DNA of 40,297 nt from a virus (IMGVR_UViG_3300031949_000094:1-40297); one strand, 5' to 3'. Positions 27,561-36,005 are shown, counted from the first letter of the stretch. Numbers and translations: made by a program. The notes: generated from the sequence alone by a model not told the origin.

Positions 27561-27839
27561 ATGAGGACTCAATCGGTACGCCGCCTGATTCGCCACTGCC
27601 GCCGCAATGAACGTATTGATCAACGCCATGACGCCGGCCTGCGTGCATTCCACCGCCTGAATCAAATTTGCGCACGACAACGCCAGCGCGCCCACCGCCA
27701 CAACGGCCAGCAAGCCGAGCATGATCAGCGACTTTTGTACAGCGGTCAGCACGCTGTATCTATCGCTCAAGCCCGGCACGTATGAAAACGCCAGAGACAA
27801 TAACACCCCTGCCACTGCTCCGAGTTGTTCGACGGTCAT
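27543..27839 (-). CDS. Putative holin (98 aa, 2-3 TM helices)
   Basis: RBS GGAG; LGAVAGVLLSLAFSYVPGL, LIMLGLLAVVAVGALAL, FIAAAVANQAAY; basic C-terminus; first gene of the lysis cassette. Confidence 0.7.
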   Translation of the reverse strand: MTVEQLGAVAGVLLSLAFSYVPGLSDRYSVLTAVQKSLIMLGLLAVVAVGALALSCANLIQAVECTQAGVMALINTFIAAAVANQAAYRLSPHKQAAK

Positions 27840-27870
27840 GTTTGCACACTCCAACTTATCAGATGCTTAC

Positions 27871-27899
27871 AGTATGCGCTTAATTCGACTAAATGTCAA
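27871..27899 (-). promoter_or_regulatory. Sigma70-type leftward promoter
   Basis: Minus strand TTGACA-17 bp-CATACT, about 30 bp upstream of the holin start. Confidence 0.7.
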
Positions 27900-28046
27900 C
27901 TATTAACACGCCGCTTACGATTCACAATCAAACTTACGCCAAGCACCAGCGCCGCGCCAGCCCAAACCGAGCGCAAACCCACTAGAACAAGACTAGAACA
28001 CAGACTTAAAACTTTTGATTCGACGCGAAACTTGTAGGAAAAACGC

Positions 28047-28075
28047 TTGACATGGCGGCGGAATAGTTATATAAT
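28047..28075 (+). promoter_or_regulatory. Perfect-consensus sigma70 rightward (early) promoter
   Basis: TTGACA (28047-28052)-17 bp-TATAAT (28070-28075). Confidence 0.85.
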
Positions 28076-28130
28076 CCCTATATAAGACGGCAGAGAGACG
28101 CAGCAAAAAAAATCACACGGAGGAATTGAG

Positions 28131-28307
28131 ATGAAAAAAGTAACGATTGACGCCAATGCCGAGCAGGAAGCGAAAGCCATTTGCATCAACGATTGCGGAT
28201 TCACGCCCGACGCGATCCGCGAGGTAGACAGCGGCGATGAAGACACACGCGCTTGGATGTGCTTTGAGAGCGCCGCAGATGCGGAACTCTGGGACAACCA
28301 GAAGTAG
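28131..28307 (+). CDS. Small acidic early protein (58 aa; not in the ORF track)
   Basis: RBS GGAGG; MKKVTIDANAEQEAKAICINDCGFTPDAIREVDSGDEDTRAWMCFESAADAELWDNQK. Confidence 0.8.
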   Translation: MKKVTIDANAEQEAKAICINDCGFTPDAIREVDSGDEDTRAWMCFESAADAELWDNQK

Positions 28308-28319
28308 ACAACACCCCAC

Positions 28320-28367
28320 ACCCCGCGCAGCGCACCACTTAGGCCCCCGGCAACGGCTGCGCGGGGT
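28320..28367 (+). repeat. 12-bp inverted repeat (intergenic hairpin)
   Basis: ACCCCGCGCAGC (28320-28331) / GCTGCGCGGGGT (28356-28367); no U tract. Confidence 0.6.
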
Positions 28368-28390
28368 AACGCAGACACAGGAGATCGGAC

Positions 28391-28546
28391 ATGTTTGTCA
28401 TCACGCTTATGGACGGGACGAAGATAATGGCGAGCACCATTACCGCCCTGCTGACGGGCATCAGCTACACAGCTGATCTGTTTAGCGGTGAGCGCTGGAT
28501 AGGCGCAAGCAACATCAAGACTATCAAGTATAAACGGAGGGATTGA
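28391..28546 (+). CDS. Hypothetical protein (51 aa; not in the ORF track)
   Basis: RBS AGGAG; MFVITLMDGTKIMAS...KYKRRD. Confidence 0.65.
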   Translation: MFVITLMDGTKIMASTITALLTGISYTADLFSGERWIGASNIKTIKYKRRD

Positions 28547-28547
28547 A

Positions 28548-28730
28548 ATGGATAAGTGCGGATTTTGCCATACTTCTTACGAACCCCGCCCGCTAGACGG
28601 GTGGGATTGGGATAATCCGGTGCAGGACGCCACGCCGTCGGTTGTAATTGACGGAGTGTGCTCGTACTGCGCGGTTTTTCACCGCGCAGAGGTTCTGGCG
28701 GCAGGATACCGCCAGAAAGAGGAGGAATAA
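28548..28730 (+). CDS. Small zinc-finger protein (60 aa)
   Basis: RBS GGAGG; CGFC...CSYC. Confidence 0.7.
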   Translation: MDKCGFCHTSYEPRPLDGWDWDNPVQDATPSVVIDGVCSYCAVFHRAEVLAAGYRQKEEE

Positions 28731-28933
28731 TGGACTTAAACGTGAAAGCCCTGCCAAACGAATCGCCGGAAGATTCGCTGGCCTACATGCTGGCCTACAT
28801 CGCCGCGGACGAACAGCGGCGTACCGGGGAGCGCGTGACGGTAAGCGCAATGGTGCGACGCATGGTGCGAAATGAGTATCAGCGGCGCATGAAGCGCAAC
28901 GCGGCCCAGGCCGCAAAGGACGGGACGAAATGA
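28730..28933 (+). CDS. Small basic protein, possibly a ribbon-helix-helix-like regulator (67 aa)
   Basis: RBS GGAGG; TAATG coupling; ERVTVSAMVRRMVRNEY resembles RHH helix B. Confidence 0.55.
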   Translation: MDLNVKALPNESPEDSLAYMLAYIAADEQRRTGERVTVSAMVRRMVRNEYQRRMKRNAAQAAKDGTK

Positions 28934-29235
28934 CCTGCTCACACGACGCGACCTATCGCATCGAAAACGAAGCCAACGGCGGGACGGGCTGTCCGCGCTG
29001 CCACGCCAAGCACACGCCCATGACCCGCACCGGCTGGAGCACCGACGCCGAGCGCGCAGAGGTTATGGCCGAAGCGCTTGAGAAGGCAAAGACGCTGGCA
29101 GAGTTGACTGTGAGGTGCTACAAATTGCACCTCGACAAAAGCGCGCTGTTGACCGCCGCAGACATTGCGGAGATGGAACAGCGCTGCAATGAGCAGGCCA
29201 GCGACGGCCCGCAGTATGAAGGGATGTGGAAATAG
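28930..29235 (+). CDS. Hypothetical protein (101 aa)
   Basis: ATGA coupling; CxH...CPRC. Confidence 0.6.
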   Translation: MTCSHDATYRIENEANGGTGCPRCHAKHTPMTRTGWSTDAERAEVMAEALEKAKTLAELTVRCYKLHLDKSALLTAADIAEMEQRCNEQASDGPQYEGMWK

Positions 29236-29315
29236 ACTCATAGCGCCAGTCACGCACACGACCACGACACGAACAACTCACATGCACAGGCTAAAGGCCA
29301 ACGCAAGGGAGAACC

Positions 29316-29825
29316 ATGAAGGTCAAGATTGAAGCGTTTGAAACTTACCCCGCTGGTGTCTATCCGGCGACCGTTACCGAAATCACCGCAGATGATGACG
29401 GCAACTATGGAGCGCAATACCGCTTTAAGTTTCTGTTAGGCGGTGCGCTTGAAGGAAAGAAAATGACCGGCTGGTGCAAACAGTCCGGCAGCGTCAAGAG
29501 CAAATTCTTCGAGTGGTACACGGCCCTCACCGGCAAGACCCCGAAGCCCGGCGAAGAAGTGGATACCGACGAATTGATCAACAAGTCGGCGCAACTCGTG
29601 ATCAAGATCAAGAAGGGCGATGACGGCACAGAGAAAAACGTGATCGACTCCCTACTCCCCACGCAAGCCGCGCCAGCTAAGCCCGCCGACATGACGACCG
29701 CGTTTTGGGCTTACGCCTATCAGCATGAGATCAGCAAGACTGACGCCGCCGCGTATCTGCACGAAACGAGCAACGACTTCGCCCGCGCCTTGCAGTTGAT
29801 GCAGGCTCAGACCGAAGGCGCGTAG
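29316..29825 (+). CDS. Putative phage ssDNA-binding protein (OB fold, DUF669-like)
   Basis: RBS GGGAG; YPAGVYPATVTEI...YRFKF...DTDELINKSAQLVI...NVIDSL. Confidence 0.6.
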   Translation: MKVKIEAFETYPAGVYPATVTEITADDDGNYGAQYRFKFLLGGALEGKKMTGWCKQSGSVKSKFFEWYTALTGKTPKPGEEVDTDELINKSAQLVIKIKKGDDGTEKNVIDSLLPTQAAPAKPADMTTAFWAYAYQHEISKTDAAAYLHETSNDFARALQLMQAQTEGA

Positions 29826-29826
29826 C

Positions 29827-30060
29827 ATGATCGATGTCCGCTTCTACGACAACACGCACGACCGCATCGTCGAATGGGCGCGGCGGGAATTCTGCCAGCG
29901 TTACCCGCGCTATCTCAACAAGAATCACGCTCCGGACATGGCGCATATCAGCAAAGCGATCGAGGTGTGCGGATTCGTGGAAGTGACCGCGGCCAACATC
30001 GAACACGTCAAGACGGCGCTTGAGATTCACGCGCTGGCGAAGGCCGCCAAGCAAGTCTAG
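29827..30060 (+). CDS. Hypothetical protein (77 aa)
   Basis: Tightly packed in the operon. Confidence 0.6.
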   Translation: MIDVRFYDNTHDRIVEWARREFCQRYPRYLNKNHAPDMAHISKAIEVCGFVEVTAANIEHVKTALEIHALAKAAKQV

Positions 30061-30111
30061 CACCAACCGCCGCGCCGGGTCAGCACGAACGGCGTGGCAA
30101 GGAGAAGAAAC

Positions 30112-30327
30112 ATGGAAATCACAGTAAACGACATGGGAGGCAGCATCACGATCGATCGTGCTACATGGGATGAAATGGACTGCAATACGAAAGCCGATCT
30201 GATTTCCCGCGCCGAAGCCGCCGAGGGCCGCGTCAAGGAACTGGAAGAAAAACTTGCAGAGTACACCAGACTTTTGCAAGATGTCGAAACCGGTGTGGTA
30301 ATTATTGAGTACCCAGAGGGCGGATAA
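30112..30327 (+). CDS. Hypothetical coiled-coil protein (71 aa)
   Basis: RBS AAGGAG before ATG 30112. Confidence 0.65.
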   Translation: MEITVNDMGGSITIDRATWDEMDCNTKADLISRAEAAEGRVKELEEKLAEYTRLLQDVETGVVIIEYPEGG

Positions 30328-30554
30328 TGACCAACGTCACACCGCGAATCGCAATCAAGCAGACGCCGCAACTCAGCAGCACTCAGCGGCGCATCCTCGA
30401 CATCGCGGCGCAGGCCGAAGCCGAGGGTGTAGATTCAGCGCGCAGGCTGCAAGAGATCATGGCAGAAAAGGACAGCCCCATGCGCTATGCCGAATGTATT
30501 GCGCTCATCGCGCGCGCCCGCCGCGCCGAACTCGTGGCGAAGGTGATACCATGA
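30327..30554 (+). CDS. Hypothetical protein (75 aa)
   Basis: TAATG coupling. Confidence 0.6.
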   Translation: MTNVTPRIAIKQTPQLSSTQRRILDIAAQAEAEGVDSARRLQEIMAEKDSPMRYAECIALIARARRAELVAKVIP

Positions 30555-30733
30555 CACCGGAACTGATCGCGGAATGCCGCGACTACCTGGACATGCTGCG
30601 CGATAGCGACCCGCGCAACCTAAATCGCCGTGCGCTGGCCCGCCTGCTCTTCGACGTGAAGGCGCTGACGCAAGCCGAGGCGGAAAGCGTCGTGGATACG
30701 TGGGCGAAAGAGAACGGGGTGGAATTGAAATGA
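30551..30733 (+). CDS. Hypothetical protein (60 aa)
   Basis: MTPELIAECRDYLDMLRDS...; ATGA coupling; RBS AGGTG. Confidence 0.65.
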   Translation: MTPELIAECRDYLDMLRDSDPRNLNRRALARLLFDVKALTQAEAESVVDTWAKENGVELK

Positions 30734-30939
30734 ATACCAATAAAGCGCAAACAAACTTTAAGCGTCAGTATCGCATGTGGAAGAAATCAAGAAGCGAAAG
30801 CGTTAAGCGAGACTGGCGCGAAGATATGTATGATCAAAGGTACGCTGCCGGACTCGAACGCCGCATCGCAGCGCAACAGCGCACCATCGAAAGCCTTGAA
30901 TTCTCGCTTGAAGTTGCGCGCGCGCTGATTTGGTCATGA
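30730..30939 (+). CDS. Hypothetical protein (69 aa)
   Basis: ATGA coupling on both sides. Confidence 0.55.
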   Translation: MNTNKAQTNFKRQYRMWKKSRSESVKRDWREDMYDQRYAAGLERRIAAQQRTIESLEFSLEVARALIWS

Positions 30940-31175
30940 CGCTCGAACAAGCCGCCCTGCTGCGCGACGTGGTGACCGTGACGACCGTTGTCAGGCTGGC
31001 CGACAATAGTACCGCGCCGATTACCATCACGCGCGGCGCGGCAGAGCACTCATGGGGAGTTGTGCCGCAGGATTATCACGGAGCACGCTGCAAGGTGTGC
31101 GACATGCCGCTATTCAAGTGCGGCCTGTGCGAGTACCACTTCGGAAAAGCACGGTCGCAAGAAAGGAAAGGATAA
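30936..31175 (+). CDS. Hypothetical zinc-finger protein (79 aa)
   Basis: CKVC...CGLCEYH. Confidence 0.55.
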   Translation: MTLEQAALLRDVVTVTTVVRLADNSTAPITITRGAAEHSWGVVPQDYHGARCKVCDMPLFKCGLCEYHFGKARSQERKG

Positions 31176-31179
31176 GGAC

Positions 31180-31368
31180 ATGGACGAATACTACGCACAA
31201 ATAACACGCGAAGTATTGAGTGAAGCGCGCGGCAAATTTATCTTAGTACAAGATTATTTGCTTCGCGCCAATGCGCCCGAACCGTATCAGCGACAGGCGC
31301 GGCACTTAGTGAAGCAATGCGAATCGCTGCAAGAACGCATCCTGCTCAATACGGATGTCCCGGAATAG
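31180..31368 (+). CDS. Hypothetical protein (62 aa)
   Basis: RBS AAGGA; MDEYYAQITREVL... Confidence 0.55.
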   Translation: MDEYYAQITREVLSEARGKFILVQDYLLRANAPEPYQRQARHLVKQCESLQERILLNTDVPE

Positions 31369-31398
31369 TTGACAGCCGCGCCGAAAATGTGCTATACT
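31369..31398 (+). promoter_or_regulatory. Sigma70 promoter of the replication operon
   Basis: TTGACA-18 bp-TATACT with extended TG. Confidence 0.8.
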
Positions 31399-31402
31399 AA
31401 GC

Positions 31403-31568
31403 GTGCGGCGAGAGCGCCGCTAGGCGACTGGCACTCGCTGATGTTGTAAAAGGTCTGTGGCGAACGAATCCGTTTTTTGTTCAGGTGGTTGAGGGTTAGG
31501 CATAGCGCCATCTATGCCAAAGCCCACAGACCACCCTCACCACCTGAACAAAGGGCGGATTTTTTGTT
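31403..31568 (+). ncRNA. Structured 5' leader / attenuator (reminiscent of c4 antisense-target leaders)
   Basis: Long stem 31467-31496 with 31533-31561 followed by a T tract; inner hairpin GGCATAG/CTATGCC; alternative pairings GGTCTGTGG/CCACAGACC and TGGCA/TGCCA. Confidence 0.6.
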
Positions 31569-31571
31569 GCC

Positions 31572-31928
31572 ATGACACCAGACCACGACCTATCAACCTA
31601 CACCTGCATGAGATCAACCGCGCTATGGTTTGCACGGCTTGACCCTGCCCCGTGTTCCGTGACGACCAACTCAGCGACTTACACATTCAAGCAAGGAGAA
31701 GTACATCTATGGTCAACTTTTTGGCTAGAGCAATTGCGCGACTACTGGCCCAGACTTCTACTTGCCCGCGCTGTGGAAGCGTGTCCGCATGGGATGACGA
31801 GCGCCGCGCCTACGTTTGCGGGCAATGTGGATTTAGCACTCGCAGTTAAGTGCATCTGTCCGGTCTGTACGGAAAAAGAAATTGAGATATTGAAACGACA
31901 AGGAGATTGCAATGCGAATCATTTTTGA
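31572..31928 (+). CDS. Hypothetical protein (118 aa)
   Basis: First ORF after the leader; C-terminal CICPVC. Confidence 0.5.
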   Translation: MTPDHDLSTYTCMRSTALWFARLDPAPCSVTTNSATYTFKQGEVHLWSTFWLEQLRDYWPRLLLARAVEACPHGMTSAAPTFAGNVDLALAVKCICPVCTEKEIEILKRQGDCNANHF

Positions 31929-32127
31929 GATTAGATGGTTTTTGTTCGGCTGGTACTATCGTCGGCATACACCGCCGATCACGCAGCATGAGATCGATTG
32001 CGAGATACAGTGCTTCAAAAACTGGCTTGAATGGGCGACGCCAGAAGAACTTGAATCGATGGAGCGCAGCGCCGCCATCTATGACGAACGGCAAAAGAGA
32101 CTAGCCGAGAAAGCGAATCCAGCATGA
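31912..32127 (+). CDS. Hypothetical protein (71 aa)
   Basis: RBS AAGGAG. Confidence 0.6.
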   Translation: MRIIFEIRWFLFGWYYRRHTPPITQHEIDCEIQCFKNWLEWATPEELESMERSAAIYDERQKRLAEKANPA

Positions 32128-32624
32128 TCGCACAGCCGCTCATCAAACCTATTGAGACGCAGTACAAAGGCTATCGCTTCCGGTCTCGTCTTGAGGCGCG
32201 ATGGGCGGTATTCTTTGAAACACTCGGTATCAAGTGGGAGTATGAATCAGAAGGCTACACGCTTAAAGATGGGACAATGTATCTTCCTGATTTCTGGTTT
32301 CCAGATCATCAATGGCACGCTGAAGTTAAGCCGTCAGAGATACAGATAACAGATGCAGACAAGCACAAAATGGAATTGTTCGATTCGTATCCACCACACA
32401 ACGGGCAAGGCCATTTGTTGTCAATGGGACTAATCATTTTGACTGGTATGCCTGAACTACCAGAACTGCACGACGACGAAAGGCGCGGCCCTGATTACTG
32501 GACAGGAAACACATGGTTTCTTTTACAGTGCGTAGGGATCAATTTCATAGAGGAATACAAGCGAGTTATTTCAGCAGTGGAAGCCGCACGCTCAGCGCGG
32601 TTTGAACACGGCGAAAGAGGTTAG
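32124..32624 (+). CDS. PD-(D/E)XK nuclease-like protein
   Basis: YKGYRFRSRLEARWAVFF...WEYESEGY...YLPDFW...AEVKP...AARSARFEHG. Confidence 0.8.
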   Translation: MIAQPLIKPIETQYKGYRFRSRLEARWAVFFETLGIKWEYESEGYTLKDGTMYLPDFWFPDHQWHAEVKPSEIQITDADKHKMELFDSYPPHNGQGHLLSMGLIILTGMPELPELHDDERRGPDYWTGNTWFLLQCVGINFIEEYKRVISAVEAARSARFEHGERG

Positions 32625-32626
32625 GC

Positions 32627-33436
32627 ATGCCTTCATACAGTTGGGTGAAACTCTATCACGAAGTGCTGCACGATCCGAAGATGGGTAGACTAACCGACAA
32701 CCTGTGGCGGCGCGTAATAGAGATGATTCTACTAGCTGGCGAGAATGGCGGGACAGGCGACTTACCGCCCGTCATGGATATGGCGTGGACACTGCGCTTA
32801 AGCGTTGAAGAACTTGAAGCAAACTTACTACAACTAGAGAAGTTTGACATCGTAGCGCAGACCCCGACCGGCTGGAATGTCACGCATTACACTAAGAGGC
32901 AAGCCCCGATAGAATCCACCGAACGCGTAAAGTCATATCGCGAGCGCGTCAAGAAACATGACTACTACGAACCAGTAACAGAAGAAGCGCAAGACAGTAA
33001 CGCAAGTGAAACGACTCGTTTCACAGATACAGATAAGAATAAGATACAGAGTAAGAATAAGACAAGAGAAGAACACTCCGCTAACGCGGCTTTGCCACGC
33101 GCCGTTCAAGCCTACATAGACGCCGGTGGTAAATTCAACACTGGAACGCTGGTAGACGGTACAACTAAGAAGGCGAACGCCTGCCGGGTTATTTCCGAGA
33201 CCGTAACAGACGACGATGACAGCATCGCCTTTTGGAAGCGTGTTGTTGAGGCGTACTGTACGCAGTGGTCATCGAAGTCATATACCACCATGCTTTCAGA
33301 ATACTACTCACAGGGGCGCGTACCTGGACAGCCAAAGAATGGAAATGGAAAGAACGGCAATGGGCAACACGCGCCGCAATCTAACGCACTGGCAGCACTT
33401 GAGCGCATGAAGGAACGAACCAATGGCGACGAATAA
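32627..33436 (+). CDS. Phage replication initiator / replisome organiser
   Basis: WVKLYHEVLHDPKM winged-helix N-terminus; STERVKSYRER; low-complexity DTDKNK linker; upstream of a helicase loader. Confidence 0.75.
   Translation: MPSYSWVKLYHEVLHDPKMGRLTDNLWRRVIEMILLAGENGGTGDLPPVMDMAWTLRLSVEELEANLLQLEKFDIVAQTPTGWNVTHYTKRQAPIESTERVKSYRERVKKHDYYEPVTEEAQDSNASETTRFTDTDKNKIQSKNKTREEHSANAALPRAVQAYIDAGGKFNTGTLVDGTTKKANACRVISETVTDDDDSIAFWKRVVEAYCTQWSSKSYTTMLSEYYSQGRVPGQPKNGNGKNGNGQHAPQSNALAALERMKERTNGDE
33006..33075 (+). repeat. Putative replication origin inside the initiator gene
   Basis: Palindrome GTGAAACGA-C-TCGTTTCAC (33006-33024), then A-rich repeats AGATACAGA(G)TAAGAATA twice (33025-33059). 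Confidence 0.45.
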
Positions 33437-33956
33437 CGAGATCACTCGCGTGCTAGGCACCCTGATGCTGGCGTATCCGTCATGGGGAGAATCGGCAGGG
33501 ACAAAGATCGACGGAACGCTAGAAGTATATCGTCGGTCGCTGATTGACATTGACGGAAAACTACTTGAAGCCGCCGCGATGCAGCACATCGCCATGTCAA
33601 AGTGGTTTCCATCTGTATCTGAGTTGCGAGAATCGGCCTTGTCGATTATCACGCATGGCGACGAATCCGCAGAAGAAGCATGGGGCGAAGTCAAGAAGGC
33701 GATCCGAACTTACGGGTCATATCGTGAGCCGGTGCTAAACAATGCCAAGATCGCGCAAGCCGTCAAGATCATGGGCTGGATGAACCTTTGCATGAGCGAG
33801 AATGAAGTAGCAGATCGGGCGCACTTTTTCAAGATATACCAGTCATTGCAGAACCGGGAGCACTACGATCAAATTGCGTTGCCAGAAGTTAAGCAAGTCA
33901 TCGAAAGATTAGCGAAGGAAAAGCAAAATGTCATCAGCGCCCCCGCCGAATCCTAA
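33423..33956 (+). CDS. Helicase loader/inhibitor, SPP1 G39P-like
   Basis: LMLAYP...YRRSLIDID...SKWFPSVSELRE...AEEAWGEVKKAIRTYG...GWMNLC...RAHFFKIY. Confidence 0.75.
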   Translation: MATNNEITRVLGTLMLAYPSWGESAGTKIDGTLEVYRRSLIDIDGKLLEAAAMQHIAMSKWFPSVSELRESALSIITHGDESAEEAWGEVKKAIRTYGSYREPVLNNAKIAQAVKIMGWMNLCMSENEVADRAHFFKIYQSLQNREHYDQIALPEVKQVIERLAKEKQNVISAPAES

Positions 33957-34239
33957 AGCCGAAGAAGCCCGCGCCGCGATGCACGAGTATGCTGGCTTGC
34001 CAGTGGTACACATTCCAGCGCAAGCCGTACAGCATATCACCCGTGATCCCCTCTCCGCGGCCCTGCTGGCCCAGGCCGCCCGCATCGAGCGCGGCGTGTG
34101 CTTCGGCATCAACGCCGACAACACGATCAGCGCCGCCATGCCGAGCGCGACCGGGCAGGCGATTGTAACGTGGCGGGGCAGGGATGCGGAGGACACAGCG
34201 GCGCAGGCCGCACAGGAGAATGGGGATGGGAAACGATAA
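33928..34239 (+). CDS. Hypothetical protein (103 aa)
   Basis: RBS AAGGA; fills the operon gap. Confidence 0.45.
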   Translation: MSSAPPPNPKAEEARAAMHEYAGLPVVHIPAQAVQHITRDPLSAALLAQAARIERGVCFGINADNTISAAMPSATGQAIVTWRGRDAEDTAAQAAQENGDGKR

Positions 34240-34480
34240 CCTAGGTAAAAAAGCGAAACTAAGACGAATAGTCGCATCATATGATACGGTGCTTTCAATC
34301 ATCGATGATGATCGAGCATTGGGAGATCACGATTTCTATTCGCAGTCTGTCAGAGAATTAATTCAGGATACGCTTAAAGCAAGAATGTGCGCTGCAAATA
34401 TTTTGCTTACGTACGGAGATGACACTGCGCATAAAAGCCAACCGACTCTAAATCTTTCTATTCAATTTAACAATGGCTAA
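34226..34480 (+). CDS. Hypothetical protein (84 aa)
   Basis: RBS AGGAG; AT-richer than its flanks. Confidence 0.55.
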   Translation: MGNDNLGKKAKLRRIVASYDTVLSIIDDDRALGDHDFYSQSVRELIQDTLKARMCAANILLTYGDDTAHKSQPTLNLSIQFNNG

Positions 34481-34667
34481 CAAGAAATCGATCGCCGAAC
34501 GACGCCAGCAACTAGCCGATCGCGCCGCGTACCTCATGGAACACGTCACGATTGGGACGCACGTTGATCGCTGTTATAGAATGCGCAACATGCTGATCGC
34601 GGAATTCGGGATTACCACATCATATGCACAGAGGCTCACACAGGCTGCCGAAAGGAAAACGAAATGA
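34473..34667 (+). CDS. Hypothetical protein (64 aa)
   Basis: Overlaps its neighbours in the operon. Confidence 0.55.
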   Translation: MANKKSIAERRQQLADRAAYLMEHVTIGTHVDRCYRMRNMLIAEFGITTSYAQRLTQAAERKTK

Positions 34668-34933
34668 GCGAACTGGATTTTTCGATGGAGTTATTGAATA
34701 ACGTTATCGATACCACTGTTGCCCGCGCCGAACTCGATCAACTGCGCGCCACAATCGCGGCGCAGGCCGAGGCGATCGCGCAGGCGAAGCGTGATCTCTT
34801 GCGCTCTGCTGGTTGGGACTATGACGCGAGGCGTGATGTCATGCAGTGGCGCGATCCGTTCAGCCTCGCGTCATGGTACACTGAAGCGGATGCGGAAGAG
34901 GTACAGCGAGCACGAAACGAGGCGATAGCATGA
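34664..34933 (+). CDS. Hypothetical protein (89 aa)
   Basis: RBS AAGGA; ATGA coupling. Confidence 0.6.
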   Translation: MSELDFSMELLNNVIDTTVARAELDQLRATIAAQAEAIAQAKRDLLRSAGWDYDARRDVMQWRDPFSLASWYTEADAEEVQRARNEAIA

Positions 34934-35109
34934 TCGTCATCTACGCCGCTCGTCACCCATGCGTCGAAGTGATATCGCACATCTGCCGCACGTGCGGTCA
35001 GACGTATACCGACAATAGCCGCTCAAGCAAAGATTGCAACGGCTGCAAGCCGCTCGTCAAAGCGGCGCGGAATCACAAGCGGAATGCGAGGAAGAAGGCG
35101 CGGCGATGA
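34930..35109 (+). CDS. Small basic zinc-finger protein (59 aa; not in the ORF track)
   Basis: MIVIYAARHPCVEVISHICRTCGQTYTDNSRSSKDCNGCKPLVKAARNHKRNARKKARR; ATGA coupling at both ends. Confidence 0.65.
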   Translation: MIVIYAARHPCVEVISHICRTCGQTYTDNSRSSKDCNGCKPLVKAARNHKRNARKKARR

Positions 35110-35390
35110 CGAGCACCTATACCGATCAAGTCTATACTTGTGCCCGCCACATTTACGACAACGACGGCTGGTACATCCTCTGCGAGGCGCGGCCCGTTGA
35201 GTGCGATATGTTCGGGCGCGAGATACCGGGCGGCGGATATAGGGACTTAGGGCCGATCTCGTTTTACGACGCACTGGCAATTCGGCTCGGCCCGCTGCAA
35301 GGATTACGTCATGTGATGGGAGAGACAACTCTAGCACCCCGGCCCCGCGCCGGACGAAATGATGGGAGGAAGGATGAGCAGAAACATTGA
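35106..35390 (+). CDS. Hypothetical protein (94 aa)
   Basis: ATGA coupling; MTSTYTDQVY... Confidence 0.5.
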   Translation: MTSTYTDQVYTCARHIYDNDGWYILCEARPVECDMFGREIPGGGYRDLGPISFYDALAIRLGPLQGLRHVMGETTLAPRPRAGRNDGRKDEQKH

Positions 35391-35634
35391 CGAAATCATA
35401 ACGGCCTACGGGCAAGATACGGGCGATATTGCATCATCGTCAAAAGCCCGCGCCGAACTTGCTTCGTTACGATCCGACCTGAAAACGGCGCGTGTATTAC
35501 TCTCAGCGCTTGACCGACAAGACGAGCCGCCATTCGCGCCGGGTACACTGTGCGCTTGCGTGTGCGGCTGCACGAATCTGGCAACGACTACGTACCTAGG
35601 GGAGCCGTGTTGTGACGACTGCGATACGCCGTGA
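35374..35634 (+). CDS. Hypothetical Cys-rich protein (86 aa)
   Basis: RBS GGAGG; CACVCGC...CCDDC. Confidence 0.6.
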   Translation: MSRNIDEIITAYGQDTGDIASSSKARAELASLRSDLKTARVLLSALDRQDEPPFAPGTLCACVCGCTNLATTTYLGEPCCDDCDTP

Positions 35635-36005
35635 AGATTCAGAAGGCGGTTATTGAACTGTCATGGCCTGATTCGTCCATGCTGCCAAATCGCAGCAAGG
35701 GTAAATCATGGTACACAACGCACGACGCCAAGATCATCGCGCACAACGTCGGCTATGTGCAGGCGATGGGCTTCAACATTGGCGATACCAACATCGATCA
35801 TGCTGTGACGATCATCATTGCCCCGCCCGACAAGCGCAAGCGTGACGTTGACGGTATTCATGCTGCGCTCAAGCCGGTGTTAGACGGTATCGCGCAAGCA
35901 CTTGGTATTGACGATTATCACTTTAACCCGGTGACGTTGCGGCGCATTGATCCGGCTACGCCTGGTTCGATTACGATCATCGTGGAAGATTCAATACCGT
36001 TCTAA
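35631..36005 (+). CDS. rusA: RusA-family Holliday junction resolvase
   Basis: LSWP...PN; PPDKRKRDVDGIHAALKPVLDGIAQALGIDD catalytic Asp pattern. Confidence 0.85.
   Translation: MKIQKAVIELSWPDSSMLPNRSKGKSWYTTHDAKIIAHNVGYVQAMGFNIGDTNIDHAVTIIIAPPDKRKRDVDGIHAALKPVLDGIAQALGIDDYHFNPVTLRRIDPATPGSITIIVEDSIPF

Noticed and set aside
12-27785. Many + strand ORFs of 60-207 aa over the late arm (e.g. 15962..16585, 25048..25578, 8253..8693)
   Set aside because: Antisense shadows of well-supported minus-strand genes in GC-rich DNA, without RBS or motifs; only 5467..5721 was kept
27981-28006. ACTAGAACA direct repeat between the divergent promoters as a LexA box or operator
   Set aside because: It is a direct repeat, not the GAAC-N4-GTTC palindrome; two 9-bp copies are too little to call
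29250-29290. CACG/CACGA-rich intergenic stretch
   Set aside because: Short, irregular low-complexity sequence with no consistent period or structure
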